From a virus (lineage: Duplodnaviria > Caudoviricetes), in IMG/VR virus record IMGVR_UViG_3300027844_000349, positions 1 through 57,411 of that record: 57,411 nt of DNA, one strand, 5' to 3'. Below, piece by piece: positions 1 through 8,683 of this stretch. A program made the translations under genes and the position numbers. The notes below the pieces were generated by a model, which saw only the letters and a list, made by a program, of their open reading frames with translations, did no database searches and had not been told where the DNA came from. The first letter of the stretch is position 1, and each line of letters starts with the position of its first letter.

Positions 1-102
1 ATTACGATGTCTTTCTTTCTCTTGCTCAAGATGCTCTATAGTATCTGAAAAGATATTCCTGCTCTTAGTTTCTGTTTCTTCCCCGCCAATAGTAGTGACC
101 AT
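1..102 (-). CDS. hypothetical protein, 5' part only (runs off the window)
   Basis: ATG at 102 after a GAGGAAG RBS; frame MVTTIGGEETETKSRNIFSDT.. is open to position 1. Confidence 0.55.
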   Translation of the reverse strand, partial: MVTTIGGEETETKSRNIFSDTIEHLEQEKERHRN

Positions 103-126
103 TACTCTTCCTCTCTTGTTTTTATT

Positions 127-160
127 ATTGTACTGTCCCTATTGCTAGAGACAGTACAAT
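127..160 (-). terminator. intergenic hairpin with GCAA tetraloop (terminator or processing stem)
   Basis: minus strand ATTGTACTGTCTCTA-GCAA-TAGGGACAGTACAAT, 15-bp stem with one G-U, just after the stop at 173; no clear U-tract. Confidence 0.5.
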
Positions 161-172
161 TCCTAGACTAAC

Positions 173-1027
173 TTAGAATGGGATATCTGTAACAGATAAT
201 GGATGTGCTTCTTTCTTCATCGCTGTGTATGCTTCCAGTGTTAGGTTAGCTGCAATGATACCTTGACCTATATCATACTTTAGATTAGCTGCAAGCTTAC
301 GCTGGGTTAAAGCACCTAGAGAGTTGCACCTATAGCAAGGCATATCTATACCTTCTGCGTTCTTAGTAAATTGATATCCCTCTACTGGGTCAACTATAGC
401 ATACATATATTTCTGAAGCTCAGGATTGTAAGCACATTTCTTATGGATTTCATCCCACCATGCTGCATCACATCCTGTAACTGCCATCGCATTATCTAAG
501 GAAGTACTAGGAGCAACAGTAGGTACGATAGTTGGAACTATTGCTGGAGCTGGAGCTGGTACTAAAATGGGTTTTCCAGTTTCTGGATGCTGTGCTGGAG
601 TTGTAGAAGCTGCTGGAATAGGAGTTGCCGGTGCAACTGCTGCTAGCTCTGCTAATGTTAGGTCAGCATACTCAGGATGTTCTGCTAATAGGTCTTTAAT
701 TATTTTGCTGTTCATGGGATACCACTCCTGTAAAGGTTGTAAATTTAATCCACCGTAAAAAATATTATCGGTGGTCGCTAGACCTCCACCGATAATATTA
801 TTAGAAGAAGAATAAGCTGGAAGAAACCAGTTTTCTAATTCATCTTGAGCCTCTAGTCCTCTTACCTTACTCGCTATTCTTATTCTATTCTGTTTATGGT
901 ATGCTCCACTGCATTTAGTATCACAGAATAGCTTACCTGACCTACTATTCTCATGTCTCCTTTTATTATCTGCTGGAGTCAAGAAGAATTCTTTATAACA
1001 ATAGCCACATTTATTAGCTATCCTCAT
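173..1027 (-). CDS. hypothetical protein: N-terminal CxxC..CxxxC zinc finger, Pro/Ala-rich linker, C-terminal CxxC; probable internal start at 715
   Basis: ORF track; CGYC..FCDTKC; AGGAG RBS before ATG 715 (MNSKII..). Confidence 0.6.
   Translation of the reverse strand: MRIANKCGYCYKEFFLTPADNKRRHENSRSGKLFCDTKCSGAYHKQNRIRIASKVRGLEAQDELENWFLPAYSSSNNIIGGGLATTDNIFYGGLNLQPLQEWYPMNSKIIKDLLAEHPEYADLTLAELAAVAPATPIPAASTTPAQHPETGKPILVPAPAPAIVPTIVPTVAPSTSLDNAMAVTGCDAAWWDEIHKKCAYNPELQKYMYAIVDPVEGYQFTKNAEGIDMPCYRCNSLGALTQRKLAANLKYDIGQGIIAANLTLEAYTAMKKEAHPLSVTDIPF
761..799. repeat. 14-bp perfect inverted repeat
   Basis: AATATTATCGGTGG-tcgctagacct-CCACCGATAATATT. Confidence 0.8.
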
Positions 1028-1044
1028 GTGTTCTGTTCCTCTAA

Positions 1045-1077
1045 TTCCTAAGGATAGATATAATCTATCCTTAGGAA
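1045..1077. repeat. 15-bp perfect inverted repeat, intergenic
   Basis: TTCCTAAGGATAGAT-ata-ATCTATCCTTAGGAA. Confidence 0.8.
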
Positions 1078-1085
1078 CTTAATCT

Positions 1086-1664
1086 TTACATTTTGCTAGG
1101 TAGAATACTCTTGAGTACCTTTGCAATCTCTCCATTACTTAGAGTTGCAGAGTTTAAACTGATACTTATTGTACCTATGTTAGAAGTAACTACCATTGTC
1201 TCCATCTTCCAGTCCTTAATTGCAGAAGACATAGGACTCTTAATAGTATTAGTAGTAACATACTCTTGATGTGATACTGGGGCTTCCATATTCTTAGGCG
1301 GAGTAAAAGCTTCTCGTTTCATAGAAGGTCTAACAGCACTAACAGGTTCAAGTTCCTGAATTGCTTCCCCTACTGCACTTGCGTCACTCATCCAATCTAC
1401 TGTATTTACTACAGTCTCTTCAGGTTTCTTCTGCCAAGAAAAAGTACCAGCTGCTCTCTTTTTCATGTATGCCCTTCTAGCAGTAATTAATGAAGACAGA
1501 TGAACAGTTTTTATTTGGTCAGCTAGGTCAGGATATTTTGCTACTACCATTGTAGTAATATCTTTGTTGAGCATCCGTCCAGTACCTTGCTCTTCTCCAA
1601 TAACTCCTTCTATATACATGTACTGTTCTTTAGATAGCCACTTGTTCTGTAATTTTCTAGCCAT
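1086..1664 (-). CDS. hypothetical protein
   Basis: ORF track 1086..1745; start moved to ATG 1664 (MARKLQ) after GAAGGAAG. Confidence 0.6.
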   Translation of the reverse strand: MARKLQNKWLSKEQYMYIEGVIGEEQGTGRMLNKDITTMVVAKYPDLADQIKTVHLSSLITARRAYMKKRAAGTFSWQKKPEETVVNTVDWMSDASAVGEAIQELEPVSAVRPSMKREAFTPPKNMEAPVSHQEYVTTNTIKSPMSSAIKDWKMETMVVTSNIGTISISLNSATLSNGEIAKVLKSILPSKM

Positions 1665-1746
1665 GTGATTATACTTCCTTCTCTCTAGTATAGTTTCTTT
1701 GTTCGTACCCAGGTCAGAATTCTTTTCATTATTCACCACAACCAAG

Positions 1747-1790
1747 ATATAATAGCGGGGGGTTCACAAGAGAACCCCCTGATATTATAT
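1747..1790. repeat. conserved-loop hairpin family, copy 1
   Basis: ATATAATAgcgGGGGG-TTCACAAGAGAA-CCCCCtgaTATTATAT. Confidence 0.85.
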
Positions 1791-1799
1791 AGGCGTAAG

Positions 1800-2123
1800 T
1801 CAAACCATCGTATCACTAAGAGCTTTATTCTTTCTATCAAAGATATTGTTTCTAATTTGTTTCTCTTCTGTAATATATCCTAGCCCATCACAACGATGGC
1901 AGGAACCGTAAGAACCATCTGCTATAATATACTTACCATTAATACACCTAGGACATTGACTATCATAGTCGAGGGGTTTAATAGTAATTCCTCCTTCAGT
2001 ATCTTTACTCCAATCATACTGTGTAAAGCGAACTCCATATAAAAGACCATCACTTCCGTATACTTCATCAATATCATAGTCTATCATCTGTAAGTTATTA
2101 GTTATCCATGCTGCTAGTTTCAT
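1800..2123 (-). CDS. zinc-ribbon protein (DnaJ-type CxxCxGxG repeats)
   Basis: CPRCING..CHRCDGLG. Confidence 0.65.
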   Translation of the reverse strand: MKLAAWITNNLQMIDYDIDEVYGSDGLLYGVRFTQYDWSKDTEGGITIKPLDYDSQCPRCINGKYIIADGSYGSCHRCDGLGYITEEKQIRNNIFDRKNKALSDTMV

Positions 2124-2377
2124 GTTGTTATCCTTTCTTTCTTAGCTGAGATTATATTGCTCCAAACTTCCCTCAGTATATTCATAGATATATGATGGCA
2201 GTTTATATGAGTATATAATATAGAAAATACTTCCTCCCTCTCAGAGTTATACTTATGTAGTACATAGAAATCTCTGTCAACTATCTCTTCTAAACATAGG
2301 TCACAATGCATTAGTAATCTTTCTCTTTCTATCTTTATTAGTCTTCTGGTTTTTTTGATGGTGAGTATTATGACCAC
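2120..2377 (-). CDS. small hypothetical protein (CxxC..HxxC); real start probably near 2311
   Basis: MHCDLC..THINC. Confidence 0.5.
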   Translation of the reverse strand: MVIILTIKKTRRLIKIERERLLMHCDLCLEEIVDRDFYVLHKYNSEREEVFSILYTHINCHHISMNILREVWSNIISAKKERITT

Positions 2378-2597
2378 CTAATCCTTTATCCCAACAGGAC
2401 ATACATGTACCATTAGCAAGTATCATTTCTTCAGAAGAATGTTTCCTATAGTATTTACTTTTTCTATTATACCATACGTTACATACTCCAAAGCTTTCTT
2501 CTGGTAATTGAATTGGTTCTATATATACACGTTTATCAAGAACCTTAGTGTATTCTCTCGTTTCCTGTACTATACCTATCCCCATAAAATTATTCAC
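2301..2597 (-). CDS. hypothetical Cys-containing protein
   Basis: ORF track; coupled to neighbours; CMSC. Confidence 0.55.
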   Translation of the reverse strand: MNNFMGIGIVQETREYTKVLDKRVYIEPIQLPEESFGVCNVWYNRKSKYYRKHSSEEMILANGTCMSCWDKGLGGHNTHHQKNQKTNKDRKRKITNAL

Positions 2598-2802
2598 TAC
2601 TCTCTCCCCATATGCTAGGTCTAGGAAAGCCTACTAGAACGCCTGCTTCTGTTCTTTGATCATTCTTTGATACTGTTACTTCATACATAATCTTATCATC
2701 TTTAGCTAAGACTAGGACTGGAAATCCTTGGACTATTTTGTAATCAACAATAGTATAGTCTAGGAACTGCCGATAGTAAACCTGTTTCTCTTCTGTAGTC
2801 AT
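2590..2802 (-). CDS. hypothetical protein
   Basis: ORF track; AAGGAGAG RBS. Confidence 0.65.
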   Translation of the reverse strand: MTTEEKQVYYRQFLDYTIVDYKIVQGFPVLVLAKDDKIMYEVTVSKNDQRTEAGVLVGFPRPSIWGESSE

Positions 2803-2840
2803 ACTCTCTCCTTCTCTTTATTACTATTTCTCCCCCCAGA

Positions 2841-2882
2841 AAAATAATATCTTTGGTCACAAAGAACCAAAGATATTATTTT
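2841..2882. repeat. conserved-loop hairpin family, copy 2
   Basis: AAAATAATATCTTTGGT-CACAAAGA-ACCAAAGATATTATTTT (17-bp perfect arms). Confidence 0.9.
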
Positions 2883-3063
2883 AACAATCTACAACATGTT
2901 CACTATTAGATAGGTCAAGGTTTAGTTTTAATTTATATTCTACTGGCATCTTCTTTAAAACTAGTCTACACTGTATACATAGTTGTCTAGTAAAGTATTT
3001 CCTAGCCTTAGGATGTACAGCGAAACTTGTCTTACATATAGCACAGAGTTTTCTATTCCACAT
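2881..3063 (-). CDS. small zinc-ribbon protein
   Basis: CAIC..CIQC. Confidence 0.6.
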   Translation of the reverse strand: MWNRKLCAICKTSFAVHPKARKYFTRQLCIQCRLVLKKMPVEYKLKLNLDLSNSEHVVDC

Positions 3064-3065
3064 AC

Positions 3066-3374
3066 TTATTTATTACCATAGACTGCTCTCGTTACCATCT
3101 GAGCTAAGTCTAATCCTTCATCAGTATAACCCAGTGTAGTTCCTCTCATTGGAATAGCATTCCTAATGAGTGGCCTAGCACCTAGTATAAATGAATCTTC
3201 TTCTACATTATAATGTAGTTCCAAAGCATGACAGAAGTCAGCAAAAGAATTTGTTAATTCATTAGGTAATTTCCTAGGTCTAGAATCATGTATGTCGCTA
3301 GGCTTAGAGGTAGATTCCAAGTCTATATATATGTCTGCTAATGCTTTATAAACGTGAGCAAATTTATGTTCCAT
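3066..3374 (-). CDS. hypothetical protein
   Basis: ORF track; AAGGAG RBS. Confidence 0.6.
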   Translation of the reverse strand: MEHKFAHVYKALADIYIDLESTSKPSDIHDSRPRKLPNELTNSFADFCHALELHYNVEEDSFILGARPLIRNAIPMRGTTLGYTDEGLDLAQMVTRAVYGNK

Positions 3375-3765
3375 TGAACTCCTTATACATATACTTCAGC
3401 TTCAGGTTAGTATAGATAAGATGTGCTTCTTGTTCCGAAGAACCATTACATAATGGACATGGGTATTCTGCCCCTTTCCAATCCTTTCCTACATACTCTT
3501 CATCATGTTCACCATCTAGATGTTCACATACAGGACAGTCTTCACCTTCATCAAACCCATGTCTGCAACAATAATCCTGTCCATACCCATCTCTTTCATC
3601 ATCGTAGTCACCTCTGTATACTCTTTCCTTTATACAGTCGTTACAGTCTCCTTCATTCTCACAGAAGCCATCTTCTATCGTGCAATTGATACCTGTCTTA
3701 TGACAGGACGGACAAGTATGACCGTTCTCATAATCGTGCATTAGTATACATATTGAGGGGGTCAT
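3364..3765 (-). CDS. acidic Cys-rich protein with several CxxC motifs
   Basis: CPSC, CNDC, CPVC, CPLC. Confidence 0.6.
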   Translation of the reverse strand: MTPSICILMHDYENGHTCPSCHKTGINCTIEDGFCENEGDCNDCIKERVYRGDYDDERDGYGQDYCCRHGFDEGEDCPVCEHLDGEHDEEYVGKDWKGAEYPCPLCNGSSEQEAHLIYTNLKLKYMYKEFNGT

Positions 3766-3940
3766 TCTTTGTTGTCATCCTAGAATACAACCTCATTCTC
3801 CTAACTAAGCTTAGTCCCTCATGTTCAGGCTGTCGTTCCACCATTCGTATTAGCATATCTTGTACTGTCCTAGGATTATCTTCTATCCAGTGCAGTATCT
3901 CATCTCTTTTATCTGGTTGCATCTTAATACTCACCTTCAT
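3728..3940 (-). CDS. hypothetical protein
   Basis: ORF track. Confidence 0.5.
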   Translation of the reverse strand: MKVSIKMQPDKRDEILHWIEDNPRTVQDMLIRMVERQPEHEGLSLVRRMRLYSRMTTKNDPLNMYTNARL

Positions 3941-4229
3941 CTTCTAGTACGAATATGCAATTGTCTAGGCATCGACCACAAAATCCTGATGGGCCACCGT
4001 ATTTTACGGTGGACATATCCAACTCGATTGCTGGATATGCACCACAGCACTCTGATACATACATGTCTTCTTCCATTTTATTCTCCAATAATCGTATGAC
4101 TTCTTCTAGCCTAGAATCAGGCATATCATTTTGATGTTCTCCACATCTAGTACATGTGGTTTGATACTTCGGATGTATATACTCCTTTCTACATTCACAG
4201 TCCCAGTAGTCCTCTATAGTTACAAGCAT
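3924..4229 (-). CDS. double zinc-ribbon protein
   Basis: YWDCEC..CTRC and SECC..CGRC; start moved to ATG 4229 because the track start lies inside the hairpin. Confidence 0.6.
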   Translation of the reverse strand: MLVTIEDYWDCECRKEYIHPKYQTTCTRCGEHQNDMPDSRLEEVIRLLENKMEEDMYVSECCGAYPAIELDMSTVKYGGPSGFCGRCLDNCIFVLEDEGEY

Positions 4230-4241
4230 AACCCCACACAA

Positions 4242-4285
4242 AAATATAATATCGTGGTTCACAAAGAAGCCACGATATTATATTT
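4242..4285. repeat. conserved-loop hairpin family, copy 3
   Basis: AAATATAATATCGTGG-TTCACAAAGAAG-CCACGATATTATATTT (16-bp perfect arms). Confidence 0.9.
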
Positions 4286-4356
4286 AGATTCTCAACATTC
4301 CTTTTCAGTAAGTTTTAATTATCCTCTATATCAACACCCCTTGTATGCATCCTCCC

Positions 4357-4578
4357 TTAGTCTAAGTAATCAGTATTAATAGAATCAGATAGCTTTCTAT
4401 CAAGGTCAGTAGTGATACTATTCTTTGTTAGGATTTCTTGTAGTGTAGGATTCCGTTGGTCTATCTGTTCCTGATACTTATTAATTTCTTTATCGTCAGC
4501 AGTTCCAAAAGGATTTAGTAACGGGTCATTGCTTCTTAGGTCTATTGCTTTTTCACTAGGCATTTGATTTCTCCTCAT
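4357..4578 (-). CDS. hypothetical protein
   Basis: ORF track. Confidence 0.5.
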   Translation of the reverse strand: MRRNQMPSEKAIDLRSNDPLLNPFGTADDKEINKYQEQIDQRNPTLQEILTKNSITTDLDRKLSDSINTDYLD

Positions 4579-4783
4579 CTATATTAAAAGATTCATAATA
4601 TTCTCGTTCTTCATCGCAACTTATACACCCATCTATTCCAGTAGAGTGATGTACTCTACAATAGATAACTCGTTCCCCATAAGTATCTTCATATTCTTCT
4701 TTAGTCATACTTAAATAGTCTTCCATAGCTATCGTATCCCCTGCCTTCCATCTTGTTTTTAATGCACCACCAACACCATCCAC
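4556..4783 (-). CDS. small hypothetical protein (CxxH..CxxC)
   Basis: ORF track; start uncertain. Confidence 0.5.
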   Translation of the reverse strand: MDGVGGALKTRWKAGDTIAMEDYLSMTKEEYEDTYGERVIYCRVHHSTGIDGCISCDEEREYYESFNIDEEKSNA

Positions 4784-4845
4784 TATGTATTCTTTGATTA
4801 GGTATTCCTACATTCTTTCTCCCACATATGATACAATCCATTATA

Positions 4846-5058
4846 TTATATTACCTCTACTGAACTAAGATATTGTTCAACAGCTTTAATTAATTTATCT
4901 TTGCGTCTTATCTTAAAGCCATAGCCTTGTAGTATTCTCTTTGGGCTTGGAGGATTCCCTTTACCATTACGGTAATAGCTATAATTAACTTCTTCCTTTA
5001 AGTACTGAAGACACTGTACTAGTGAAGTATAAGTAATTCTAGTAACAACATCATTCAT
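4846..5058 (-). CDS. hypothetical protein
   Basis: ORF track; overlaps upstream stop. Confidence 0.6.
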   Translation of the reverse strand: MNDVVTRITYTSLVQCLQYLKEEVNYSYYRNGKGNPPSPKRILQGYGFKIRRKDKLIKAVEQYLSSVEVI

Positions 5059-5236
5059 TAACTATCTCACCAGTGTTATTATACTGGTCAATCATTGTAC
5101 CCATCTTAATTATCTCATTCATACTAGTATGCTTAACAGATTCATCTGAACCATACAATAAGTTCTGAGTAAATATTCTAGCAGCAGCTTCCCACGTAGG
5201 AACTAGCCTAACGTATTTCTTTTCTTTGTCTGCCAT
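5051..5236 (-). CDS. hypothetical protein
   Basis: ORF track; TAATG coupling. Confidence 0.65.
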   Translation of the reverse strand: MADKEKKYVRLVPTWEAAARIFTQNLLYGSDESVKHTSMNEIIKMGTMIDQYNNTGEIVNE

Positions 5237-5466
5237 TATATAGTTTCCTTTTTAAACATCATCTTCCTTAAGGATTCAATAGCAAGATGTATATGTCCGT
5301 TGTAGATTGACGAAAAGGGAGCTGAATTTTCTAGTTGTTCTTTGATAGTAACTCTTAATTCCCCATTCAACTTTCGCTGTTCCTCTGAAGCAGCTCTTAA
5401 TAATCTATTTTCAATTACTAATCTATGTACCTGTTTGCTAAGTATATCTATATCATCGTTTAGCAT
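5236..5466 (-). CDS. hypothetical coiled-coil protein
   Basis: ORF track; GAGG RBS. Confidence 0.6.
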   Translation of the reverse strand: MLNDDIDILSKQVHRLVIENRLLRAASEEQRKLNGELRVTIKEQLENSAPFSSIYNGHIHLAIESLRKMMFKKETI

Positions 5467-5574
5467 TGTAACCTCTTGCGTATAGCCTCAAGGACAACCT
5501 CTAAGGCTTTCCTATTATTCTTGTATGCTTTTTGATACCACTTCTTATTTCTTTTTTGTTCCCTCCTCTCTCCC

Positions 5575-5910
5575 TTAGTTGCCATCAGTCTCTAGATTCC
5601 ACATCTTATCAAACTTTTCTGTTGTAAGCATTCTATCTCTACTTACTAGTGCTCCTAAAGCAGTAGCAGTTTGAAGAAGTGTCCTAAAATCTCTGAGTTC
5701 ATCGTCTCTAGACGTTGTAGACTTTATACTGTATCCTATATATAATAAATATAAAGCTGCATCTACACCTTCTGAAGATAATGTATTTGTAACATGCTTA
5801 AAGCTGTCTTCATTATTTGGTGTGTTTAGCAACTGAGAAAGTAATGCTTGTCCTGCATTATATCTATCTCGACTCATATCGGGAATCGGGGATTCATTAT
5901 CATCCATCAT
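5575..5910 (-). CDS. hypothetical protein
   Basis: ORF track; AAGGAG RBS. Confidence 0.65.
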   Translation of the reverse strand: MMDDNESPIPDMSRDRYNAGQALLSQLLNTPNNEDSFKHVTNTLSSEGVDAALYLLYIGYSIKSTTSRDDELRDFRTLLQTATALGALVSRDRMLTTEKFDKMWNLETDGN

Positions 5911-5922
5911 AACTAAGCTCCT

Positions 5923-5966
5923 TATAATTAGGGGAAGGTATTAAATACCTCCCCCCTATTATACCA
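5923..5966 (-). promoter_or_regulatory. extended -10 promoter (TGGTATAAT) overlapping an imperfect hairpin
   Basis: minus strand TGG-TATAATAGGGGGGAGGTAT-TTA-ATACCTTCCCCTAATTATA upstream of the RBS of 5910. Confidence 0.5.
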
Positions 5967-5976
5967 TAACTAGAAA

Positions 5977-6246
5977 TTATTTCTTAACGTAGGCGGTAAA
6001 GCCTAGGGTAAGAACCTTTCCACTAGGTAGGGTCATGATAGGGATGTTACCCCCTGTAGTAGCAACAACGTCAGTTTTACCTGATGATTTAGAAGGACGG
6101 GACTCAGCTACTTTGTTCCCATCAGTATCAAACAACCCAGTCCTTACTGAAATAGTCATCTGTCCATCAGGACTCACATCAACTACCACGTTGTCAAACT
6201 TTGCTGACCAGATATCAATTCCCTGACTATTAATAGGTTCCACCAT
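5977..6246 (-). CDS. hypothetical protein (SxSGKT..VATTGGN motif)
   Basis: ORF track; start moved to ATG 6246 after TAAGGAG. Confidence 0.7.
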   Translation of the reverse strand: MVEPINSQGIDIWSAKFDNVVVDVSPDGQMTISVRTGLFDTDGNKVAESRPSKSSGKTDVVATTGGNIPIMTLPSGKVLTLGFTAYVKK

Positions 6247-6293
6247 AATATAAAACTCCTTACTATATAGTATGTATACATTAAACCCAACCA

Positions 6294-6335
6294 TATATTT
6301 AGGGGGGGTTCACAACGAATCCCCCCCTAAATATA
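6294..6335. repeat. conserved-loop hairpin family, copy 4
   Basis: TATATTTAGGGGGGG-TTCACAACGAAT-CCCCCCCTAAATATA. Confidence 0.9.
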
Positions 6336-6372
6336 GAGCACGTAAACCAAGCCATTCTAAATTAGAACTACT

Positions 6373-6675
6373 CTATAGAAACCACAAAGGACTTTGGTTA
6401 CTAACGGTATTACTAAAGTTACTACTCGGTATACTCTTCAATTCACCAGGAAAATAGAAAGAACGTTTAGAAGCATAGGTAACTTCATCATCGCATACTA
6501 TCATCTGTGGGGAGAGAGTATTAAACCATCCAAATTCTATTTCAGTATTACATTCTACACAAGTTTCTAAACGAGAATACTTATGGTACTCTAGTTCAAA
6601 CTGCTTCCATAGACTTCCATTAGAATCTACACCAGAAATACTTTTTCTTCCATGAATATCCTTAAGGTTGTACAT
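6373..6675 (-). CDS. hypothetical protein with CxxC
   Basis: ORF track; GGAGG RBS. Confidence 0.55.
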   Translation of the reverse strand: MYNLKDIHGRKSISGVDSNGSLWKQFELEYHKYSRLETCVECNTEIEFGWFNTLSPQMIVCDDEVTYASKRSFYFPGELKSIPSSNFSNTVSNQSPLWFL

Positions 6676-6931
6676 CCCATTCCTCCGCTATTGGTTGAGT
6701 ACATGATGAGCATCCCTTTGCTGGTCTACTCACCACCATTTTATTTCCAGGCTTCTTATTTCGCTTAGGAATATAGACTGACTGCATAGATGCTACTCTG
6801 TCTGGTGGTAGTACCTCCCCACATTCAGGACAGCACATACATTCTATACAATAGTTTCCTTTGTTATGCCCATTGTTTATATACTCTACAACAAACTTAG
6901 TTTCTGCACATCCTGTACACATCCCTTCCAT
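6662..6931 (-). CDS. double zinc-ribbon protein
   Basis: CTGC, CIEC, CPEC, CSSC. Confidence 0.65.
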   Translation of the reverse strand: MEGMCTGCAETKFVVEYINNGHNKGNYCIECMCCPECGEVLPPDRVASMQSVYIPKRNKKPGNKMVVSRPAKGCSSCTQPIAEEWDVQP

Positions 6932-7152
6932 TAAGGTGTTACCTCCAGCAGTTCTTCTACCTGTTCTACCCAGTCAAACTGTTCATCCTCTAACTCAAAG
7001 TAATCTTCACTGGTTTCTATGACTACATCAGTACCCCTAAATTCCCCAGTCTCCCATTTATTAATTGCTTCTTTCTCTGTCTCAGCATCAACAACATACA
7101 TCCCTTGTTGATAGTAATATTTATTGGTATATATGTTCCACTTCATATGCAC
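6931..7152 (-). CDS. acidic hypothetical protein
   Basis: VDAETEKEAI motif of a kind common in phage early proteins. Confidence 0.6.
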   Translation of the reverse strand: MHMKWNIYTNKYYYQQGMYVVDAETEKEAINKWETGEFRGTDVVIETSEDYFELEDEQFDWVEQVEELLEVTP

Positions 7153-7934
7153 ACTGCTTCCTTATGAGAATTAACATTCGCTTTATTAACATTGACTACA
7201 CTTAAATCAAACCAAGGCATTGATTCAAGAGGTTCATATTTTTTATAACCTGTTTTAATTTTCCATTTTAAATCTTCTTCCTTAGGATAATTCTTAGTCC
7301 ACTTAACTGTGGAAGTAGCCATAAGTTTCTTAGCCTCATTACTAAGAGGATGTATATATCTAAACTGCTTACCCTTTATTCTTTTAATATTTTTATGTGC
7401 CATGAAGTCATCTGTTAACCAGAAGATTTTCTCTTTACCTGAGAAGATAGCATTCTCTTCTAGCAACTTCCTAGTAGACCTAGGATGTATCTTCTCTCCA
7501 TCTGGCCCAATGTATATATCAGTCCAGATGAACCCACCATACCAGAAATTGAATGCTTGATATACATACCCTGCCTTCCCTACAATCCCATCAGCCCAGG
7601 TATATAGAAACTTCTTTTCAGGACAGTTAAGTTTGAACCACTTAAAAACCTTGGATAGCATCTGAGTCTCTGAGTTTCTAGGATAGCTGTCGTCCATACA
7701 CATCTTACCAATTTCATAATAGTCTTTACTCCCCAACGATGGAAATAATTTATGGATAGTATTGTAAGGCTGGGTTCCCCAGCCTAGTGTTAATACTCCA
7801 GCTAATATATCCCCATCATAAATACCAAGGTAATGTTTAGTCAACCTAGGCATTACTTTAGAGTAATGCCTAGCTTGAATGAAGTCTACTGCTGTACGAG
7901 CATCAAGCTCTTGTATATAAAAATCATACTTCAT
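7143..7934 (-). CDS. mom: Mom-like (GNAT-fold) DNA adenine-modification protein
   Basis: HYSK, GVLTLG, YEIGKMC, PRNSETQMLS, LYTWADG..GYVYQAFNFWY match Mom-family motifs. Confidence 0.7.
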   Translation of the reverse strand: MKYDFYIQELDARTAVDFIQARHYSKVMPRLTKHYLGIYDGDILAGVLTLGWGTQPYNTIHKLFPSLGSKDYYEIGKMCMDDSYPRNSETQMLSKVFKWFKLNCPEKKFLYTWADGIVGKAGYVYQAFNFWYGGFIWTDIYIGPDGEKIHPRSTRKLLEENAIFSGKEKIFWLTDDFMAHKNIKRIKGKQFRYIHPLSNEAKKLMATSTVKWTKNYPKEEDLKWKIKTGYKKYEPLESMPWFDLSVVNVNKANVNSHKEAVCI

Positions 7935-8037
7935 TGTTATCTGGATGATTCTTACAATCATTACAGGTATTTTTAATGGTAACTGGAATCCCTGTTGTAT
8001 AGGACAACATCCGACAACGCCAACAAATATATTTCAT
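7924..8037 (-). CDS. 37-aa zinc finger with Com-like spacing (not in ORF track)
   Basis: MKYICWRCRMLSYTTGIPVTIKNTCNDCKNHPDNNEV; ATGA-coupled to the upstream gene and overlaps the mom start. Confidence 0.6.
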   Translation of the reverse strand: MKYICWRCRMLSYTTGIPVTIKNTCNDCKNHPDNNEV

Positions 8038-8291
8038 GGTATCTCCTCTATTCGTAGTTCATCCTTCTTGTCTACATCCCAATAGAATACTGTATCAGGG
8101 TCAGTACATTCTTTCTTATACTGTAGCATATCCTGAAAACCTTCTGGATTATTGTGGTAGTATTCTATCTTTGCCTCAATGTAGTATTCTTGTAGGGATG
8201 TATAATCCATACTAGTTAACTCCCATTCTGCTAAGTCTAGTATTGCTTCTTCTAGTCTTTCCTCATTATAGTCATCATCTATTCTATCCAC
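8034..8291 (-). CDS. acidic helical protein, paralog A
   Basis: similar to 8284..8577 and 9993..10178. Confidence 0.65.
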   Translation of the reverse strand: MDRIDDDYNEERLEEAILDLAEWELTSMDYTSLQEYYIEAKIEYYHNNPEGFQDMLQYKKECTDPDTVFYWDVDKKDELRIEEIP

Positions 8292-8577
8292 AAGGTTTTC
8301 TTACACTCCTATAAGCCATCCAAGCATCGTTAAACTCTACAGCATTACGCTTATCCTCGTAGTGTTTCTGCATATGGTATCTATAGAAATCTTCCAACTC
8401 CATGTCTGCTATCTTATCTAGTTGGTATTCTATCACATCATCAATCATCTTGTATATAGAATCGGCGTAAGGTATATCTCCCTCCCTATCCCACTGTTGG
8501 TTATGTTTCAACCTAACATACTCTAAAGAATTATCCTTACCTTCTTCAGGACTAATGTGTGAATATGCTACTCCCAT
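8284..8577 (-). CDS. acidic helical protein, paralog B
   Basis: ORF track; GAGGGGG RBS. Confidence 0.65.
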   Translation of the reverse strand: MGVAYSHISPEEGKDNSLEYVRLKHNQQWDREGDIPYADSIYKMIDDVIEYQLDKIADMELEDFYRYHMQKHYEDKRNAVEFNDAWMAYRSVRKPCG

Positions 8578-8683
8578 TATAACCCCCTCTATTTAGTAAG
8601 CTACTTACAGCAACCACGATAGCCATACTCCTGTAGCAATTAATCCATTAGTTGTTATCATCCATACCTGTATTATAACTGTC

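Noticed and set aside
1761-1776. GTTC..GAAC or TTCACAA as LexA or Rex operators
   Set aside because: Orientation and spacing do not fit GAAC-N4-GTTC, and only one Rex half-site is present.
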